Origin: Neoconidiobolus thromboides FSU 785 | Lineage: Eukaryota > Fungi > Entomophthoromycota | Assembly (NCBI GenBank): GCA_025603075.1 | Contig: MU626299.1 | Location: 62,001 to 126,000 of the forward strand | Direction: 5' to 3' | Length of the DNA stretch: 64,000 bases | Shown here: in pieces, positions 59,209 through 64,000 of the stretch | Layout of the letters: each line of letters starts with the position of its first letter | How positions within the stretch are numbered: the first letter of the stretch is position 1 | Made by a program: the position numbers and the translations under genes | The notes under the pieces: generated by a model | The model's input: only the letters and a program-made list of their open reading frames with translations | Databases searched by the model: none | What the model was told of the DNA's origin: nothing

Positions 59209-59674
59209 TGTAAAATATCGCTTTGTCAGCTCCATGGTTGACTATAGCATAATAATCACTTAGGTTGTTATGTTCTCGAGTTCAGAGACAGTCAATTCCA
59301 CGCTCTTAGTTTGATTTGCTATGAGAATTTTTAGCTTTATCCCAAAGAATATTATCTTCCCGTTTTAATATTTGTACTTGTCAAAGTATAAAAGAGATTT
59401 TAGAACATAGTATAGCTTGGGGTTTTTTAACTAAATTATTCCCTGATATCTCGTACATTCAATAAAGCTACTTAGTTTTCTTGATAGTATTTTACGTAAA
59501 TTTTACATCAGTACTATCTATTTTATTTGTCTTACATAGTCTTAGAGCATATCGCTTGCTATTATTCATAATATAAGTCTATCTTAGTCACATAAACTAA
59601 GACCTTTCAGCTTACAGCATATTCAATAAATAATAATTGCTTTTGACTCCAATCGCTGAGTATCAGATTTCGCA
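59209..59674 (-). mobile_element. Solo-LTR-like element, copy 4 (466 bp, most diverged)
   Basis: Reverse match to copies 1-3; TGTAAAAT...ATTTCGCA; ATAT/ATAT flanks. Confidence 0.78.
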
Positions 59675-59928
59675 ATATGTGAATTTTAATACTAAGTCGT
59701 GTACAAAAAACAGTCTGTTTTAATATTAATAATGTATCTGAAGCATATTTTTATAAATATAGCAATATTATAAAAACAACTATTGTTAATTTTAAAAAAA
59801 AATTCAAGAGTTGAACATGTAATATAAATTCATAAGCTTTATAGCTTTAAACAAAAAATCAAAAAAACTATAAAGCATAAATAAAAAAACTATAATTTAA
59901 CATAATTTTTAAATCTCAATTAATATAT

Positions 59929-60027
59929 GGGAGTGTTTTTTTTGACTTCATTATTTTTTCCATTTTTTAAGCACTATTTAAGCAGAAAATTTGTTAGTAA
60001 AATTCTTAAACACAAAAATACATCCTC
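59929..60027 (+). mobile_element. ~99-bp MITE copy
   Basis: Consensus match; its right-flank ATAT (60028-60031) is shared with the next copy. Confidence 0.8.
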
Positions 60028-60031
60028 ATAT

Positions 60032-60121
60032 GGGGATATATTTGATTAATTTGCTAACAATCTTTCCGCTCAAATAGCGCTTAAAAAATGGAAAAAGTAA
60101 TGAAACTAAAAAAACATCCTC
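60032..60121 (-). mobile_element. MITE copy with small deletion
   Basis: Reverse match; ATAT/ATAT flanks. Confidence 0.75.
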
Positions 60122-60415
60122 ATATTACTAAGTTGAATTAACAAAATTAATTACATTTTAAGACATTAAGTAAAATCACTTTTCAATCATACTAAAATAA
60201 GATAAATAAAGAATCCATAAATCATTTGGTACATTAAGATATAGGTTTTTATATACAACTATAATTATTAATTTATAATTAATATATAAGTAAAATTTGA
60301 TCTCTCTAGAATTATTTATTTCCAAGACATTATCTAAAATGTGACAATTTTTGACCAAACTTATTTTATAAAATGTAGCGCAAAACAACTATCTAGTTAT
60401 AATTTTGACTATGTA

Positions 60416-60510
60416 GGGGTGTTTTTTGGTTTCACCACTTTTTTCCATTTTTTAAGCACTGTTTGAGTAGAGAAACTATTTAACAAAATTCTTAAAAAAC
60501 ATACATCACC
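60416..60510 (+). mobile_element. MITE copy (degenerate)
   Basis: Consensus match; shares ATAT 60511-60514 with the next copy. Confidence 0.7.
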
Positions 60511-60514
60511 ATAT

Positions 60515-60613
60515 GGGGATGTTTTTTTTGGCTTCATTACTTTTTCCACCTTTTAAGCGCTATTTGAGTGGAAAAATTGCTAGTAAAATTCTTAAATACA
60601 AAAACACATCCCC
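60515..60613 (+). mobile_element. ~99-bp MITE copy (near-consensus)
   Basis: GGGGATGTTTTT...AAAACACATCCCC; ATAT/ATAT flanks. Confidence 0.85.
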
Positions 60614-60892
60614 ATATCTTAGTGAAAAGCCATTGGATTAATATAATACTCAAAACATATATTAATTAAAGCCTGAAAAATATAACTGTGTAAAAAAATC
60701 ACGTATCAAATTTCAATTTTATTTATTTGTCTCATACTTTAAACTTTTTAACTTGCTCTTGTATATTAGTTATCGATAATATTACCAAAAATAGAGTTTT
60801 AAAAAAATCAAATAAATATTATGAAACTAAAAGACCTTGTTAAAATTTATTAATAATAACAGTTATTTTGTTTTAACTATATTAACTGATTT

Positions 60893-61528
60893 TCAATTTA
60901 CTATAGTATTAACTAAAGAATCTATATTTAACGATTGAAGTAAATTACCAACCACTGGTAGCTTAGCTATTAACTCAGGTACCTCTTGTGGTAGGAAGTT
61001 GGGGATTTTGGTTGATGTGTAGCTAGGGTTGGGTTTTGGTTGATTACTCATTTGGTTGGCATTGTATTGATCTGTATGTGGAGTTTTTTGGATGCTTTGG
61101 GTTTGACTATTGTTCTGTTGACTTCGTTGAGTCTGTTGAATGTTTTGGTTTTGTTGTTTGTTATTCTGAGCTTGGCTGTTGTTTTGTTGATTTTGCTGTT
61201 GATTACTTTGACCTTGTTGGCTTCGCTGCATCTGTTGATTATTAAGTCTATTTCCACCTTCTGAACACCCAGCTTTACAATCATAAATATCATTTGAATT
61301 GGTATAAGTTGAAATCTTATTGTCTTGTATTTGAGCAATAGGAACTTTACTAAATTTAGCTTCACGTAGATCAGCAGCGCTTCCATTATTATTTTCACTA
61401 GCATTTATATCTTCATTGAATGGCATAATACTCATACTATGATCCTCATTTCCATGACGTCGATTTAAATTAATTGAACGACTTAGAGTTAAATTAATGA
61501 ATAAAGCTAGGAGTAATTTTGAATTCAT
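60893..61528 (-). CDS. Secreted family-A protein (211 aa): RR-HGNEDH, YTNSNDIYDCKA, N/Q-rich region, LPVVGNLLQSL tail
   Basis: Paralog of 48050-48691 (near-identical signal peptide and shared upstream sequence). Confidence 0.9.
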   Translation of the reverse strand: MNSKLLLALFINLTLSRSINLNRRHGNEDHSMSIMPFNEDINASENNNGSAADLREAKFSKVPIAQIQDNKISTYTNSNDIYDCKAGCSEGGNRLNNQQMQRSQQGQSNQQQNQQNNSQAQNNKQQNQNIQQTQRSQQNNSQTQSIQKTPHTDQYNANQMSNQPKPNPSYTSTKIPNFLPQEVPELIAKLPVVGNLLQSLNIDSLVNTIVN

Positions 61529-62484
61529 TAGATAATTATTGACGGATTAATTAATAGATTAAGTTAAATTAGATTATATAAATATAATGTTCAATTGAAA
61601 ATTAAAAATTATTATTTTAGATTCAACTTTATGATGAGTGAAAGACATTATTTATATTATTTTTTCATTACTTAAGCTTAAACCCTCCGTTTTACCTTTA
61701 AAATTTATTATAATATTCATAAATCCTTCAGTTATCAATATGTTTTAATTTAACATAACATGAATTGAAGTCATGAAACATCAATTAATAATAACTCCAA
61801 CTTTGTTATATTGATTTTGAAAAATTATGTTTTATTCTTATATTTAAAATTGGAATTTAAAATTATTTTTTGTCAATACATTTTGTTTAAAATCTTTCAT
61901 TTTACCATTGATGTGACCTCTAAATTAATAACACATTAATTGATTTATATTAATGTTCCTCAAACTTAAATTAGAGAAAATGATAATCTTAAAAGATAAA
62001 TCAATTAAAGATCAATTTTCAGTATTTAACCTCCCATTATAAAATAAAAATTTAAGCTATGAGTTGCAATCAAGCATAATATTGTAAAATGTTGATTATA
62101 GAAAACAGCGCTAGACACTACACAGTTGAACTTTAATAGCTCTATTATAATATTGAATCATTAGATTTTAATATAAACTATTGTACATAAATTTAGCAAC
62201 CTATGTTTAAGTTACGAATAAAAGTTCAAAATTTGAAATTTATTGACAATGCTATATGCATTTTATTAATAGGAAAAGAGAAAGATTATTAATGATGTTG
62301 TTGTTATAAATTTATGCCTTCACAACCTTTATTTTATATACAAAAAGTACTTTAAGTCATAAGAGTAATTAATGTCAATTTTATTAAGAAAATACACATT
62401 CTAAACATTAACCCAGTATTCAAACCATATTCCTAACCAGTAGGAATCTTACCATAACTGCATCATTCCTTCACTAACAAACAC

Positions 62485-62775
62485 TTAGTCACTCATCAGT
62501 AAATTATTCCCTATAGCACAACTTTTACTCATTTCATCTAAACTAGCTAGTAATTGAATGTTATTACTAGCGACTTGATTTGATATACTAATTATTTCAT
62601 TGAAAAGATTACTTCTACCAAAGATAAGCTCTATTAAACCTCTATCAGATCTAACACTAAATAATTTATGTAATAAATCATCCAATGTACTACTAGAACC
62701 ATTTCTATTCTAAAGTTGTATAGAGATAATAGGATAAAAAATGAAGAGAGATACAGTTGAAACTATGGTTTTATT
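62485..62775 (-). pseudogene. Family-B pseudogene
   Basis: The frame reads signal-like TIVSTVSLFIFYPIISIQL, then an in-frame TAG at 62712-62710 where paralogs have PLQRR, then SDRGLIELIFG. No ATG is found at the expected position. Confidence 0.7.
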
Positions 62776-63466
62776 TGAGAGAAAGAGAAAGATTATGGAT
62801 AATGTTAAGATTTAAAAAATTGAAAAGGAGTTTAAAATAATTAAAAGCATGCATATTGAAATAGTAATTGAAAACTTTTCCATTCTTTATATAGCTATTT
62901 ATTTATTTTAGTTATTATTGAAAATATTTATATTTATTTATTTTTTATTACATCTATCGCAACTAACATCATTTAGTTTGCTTCTAATTTGATCAATTCA
63001 AAGCTATAATAAATTATGATATTATTTAGATATTTTTCTTGAGGTGGATGTAATAGATTGAAGATATTGTATTTATTAGAGCAGTTATTTATTTTATAAT
63101 AAAGGCATTATGAAATGCAAAAACTACTTCTTCTCTTACAACTCTATTCGAAAACTATAGTACTCGCCTACTTCATCACTTAAATTTGGTCTGTATACGA
63201 TTACAAATAACACTTTAAGCATTTTATCTACACTATCCAACTTCAATTCTAAAACTGCTTGGTTTACAGATTTTTCTCGTTCTGTTTCTAAGCTATCTAA
63301 TAGCAGAAATGGTAAAGAGGGCCTAGCCAGATGGCCAGTCTCACCTCTGCCCTACTTTTAGTACTTTATTATTAAGGAAACAAACCACCTAAAAATTCAT
63401 CCTTCCAAGGCTTTTTAAAAAAATAGCATAAAGTACACGTATGCCTTTTTTAATATAAGAGGTCTA

Positions 63467-63534
63467 TTAGCAGATTTTCTACTCAATAATGTTTAATAAA
63501 TGAAAAAAGTGATGAAACCAAAAAAATACCCTTC
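63467..63534 (-). mobile_element. Partial degenerate MITE copy
   Basis: ATGAAAAAAGTGATGAAACCAAAAAAATACCCTTC matches one arm of the consensus. Confidence 0.5.
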
Positions 63535-63840
63535 ATAAAGTTTGTATGTTTTTTGGTGAAAAATCGATTATTTTGAAATGTATTCGAAGTATATGTTTTA
63601 ACTAAAATACTAGTAACAATAATATTTCATGACAAAATCAGCGAAGTGAAATATTCCATGATTTAACTTTTTGAGCTCATAAGTATTTTTTCATGGTTAT
63701 AGCTTTCTATAACCCATCATAAAATTACTTCTACCCTATGATAGCATTATTATTATATAGTAACGAAACATAATTTTAATAAAACGGCATAAAAATGAAT
63801 AAAATTCAATATAAACCCAATTTTATTTAAAAAATAACGC

Positions 63841-64000
63841 TTAAACTCCGACCCCATAACTAGAGAGCTTACCACCAGCAAGTGGAAGTCCTGACGCAAT
63901 CCCATTATTTTTAGAGTTACCCATCATTCCACCAACCATTGGGAGCCCTGATATAATATTCCCACCGCTGACTGTTTGCATCATATCACCAACTAATGGA
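63841..64000 (-). CDS. 3' end of another superfamily member, cut by the window edge
   Basis: Open frame PLVGDMMQTVSGGNIISGLPMVGGMMGNSKNNGIASGLPLAGGKLSSYGVGV*: three motif repeats and the same GVGV* ending as 57650-58141. Confidence 0.85.
   Translation of the reverse strand, partial: PLVGDMMQTVSGGNIISGLPMVGGMMGNSKNNGIASGLPLAGGKLSSYGVGV

Noticed and set aside
60929-60961. Horizontal transfer from amphibian temporin genes
   Set aside because: The match is only 11 residues of common hydrophobic amino acids, the motif varies across local paralogs, and no precursor-level similarity is visible; convergence is simpler.
63305-63365. GC-rich imperfect hairpin as a Helitron 3' end
   Set aside because: No CTRR terminus at the expected distance and no matching 5' TC end or second copy.
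5086-63534. CRISPR-like reading of the recurring ~99-bp repeat
   Set aside because: Copies are dispersed, in both orientations, with TIRs and TSDs; there is no regular spacer array, no cas genes, and the host is eukaryotic.

Overview
This is a very AT-rich eukaryotic window with short GT-AG introns (45-78 nt). The gene content (Rad14/XPA, Zn-cluster-like factor, P450, secreted tyrosinase, multicopper oxidase, S1 protease) indicates a fungus. An early-diverging, probably insect-associated lineage such as Entomophthoromycotina is my inference only. There are three layers. (1) A housekeeping core: divergent Cdc16-like TPR protein, RRM protein, tRNA-Gln(CUG), PRO3, NAA50, MOCS2A, HSP20, RAD14, MRPS9. 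(2) A secreted/accessory set: Cys-rich protein, P450, ODC-like protein with an altered active site, tyrosinase, elastase-type S1 protease with a Q/P repeat insertion, multicopper oxidase, and about 14 related genes for secreted proteins. Most of these have a signal peptide and a dibasic (RR/KR) site. They share an amphipathic [LI]P[VILM][VIA]G helix motif, either coded or as a decayed relic in the 3' flank. Four of them expose an N-terminal H-x-x-E-x-H motif followed by Met-containing segments, and one is a five-unit His/Met-rich repeat precursor that looks like a secreted copper-binding peptide polyprotein. (3) Two repeat families: four ~463-bp TG...CA elements with 4-bp target duplications (solo-LTR-like), and about 26 copies of a ~99-bp GGGG...CCCC MITE with mostly AWWT 4-bp target duplications. 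Exon structures, alignments and motif comparisons were done by eye with no database search. Coordinates of degenerate repeat copies are approximate.
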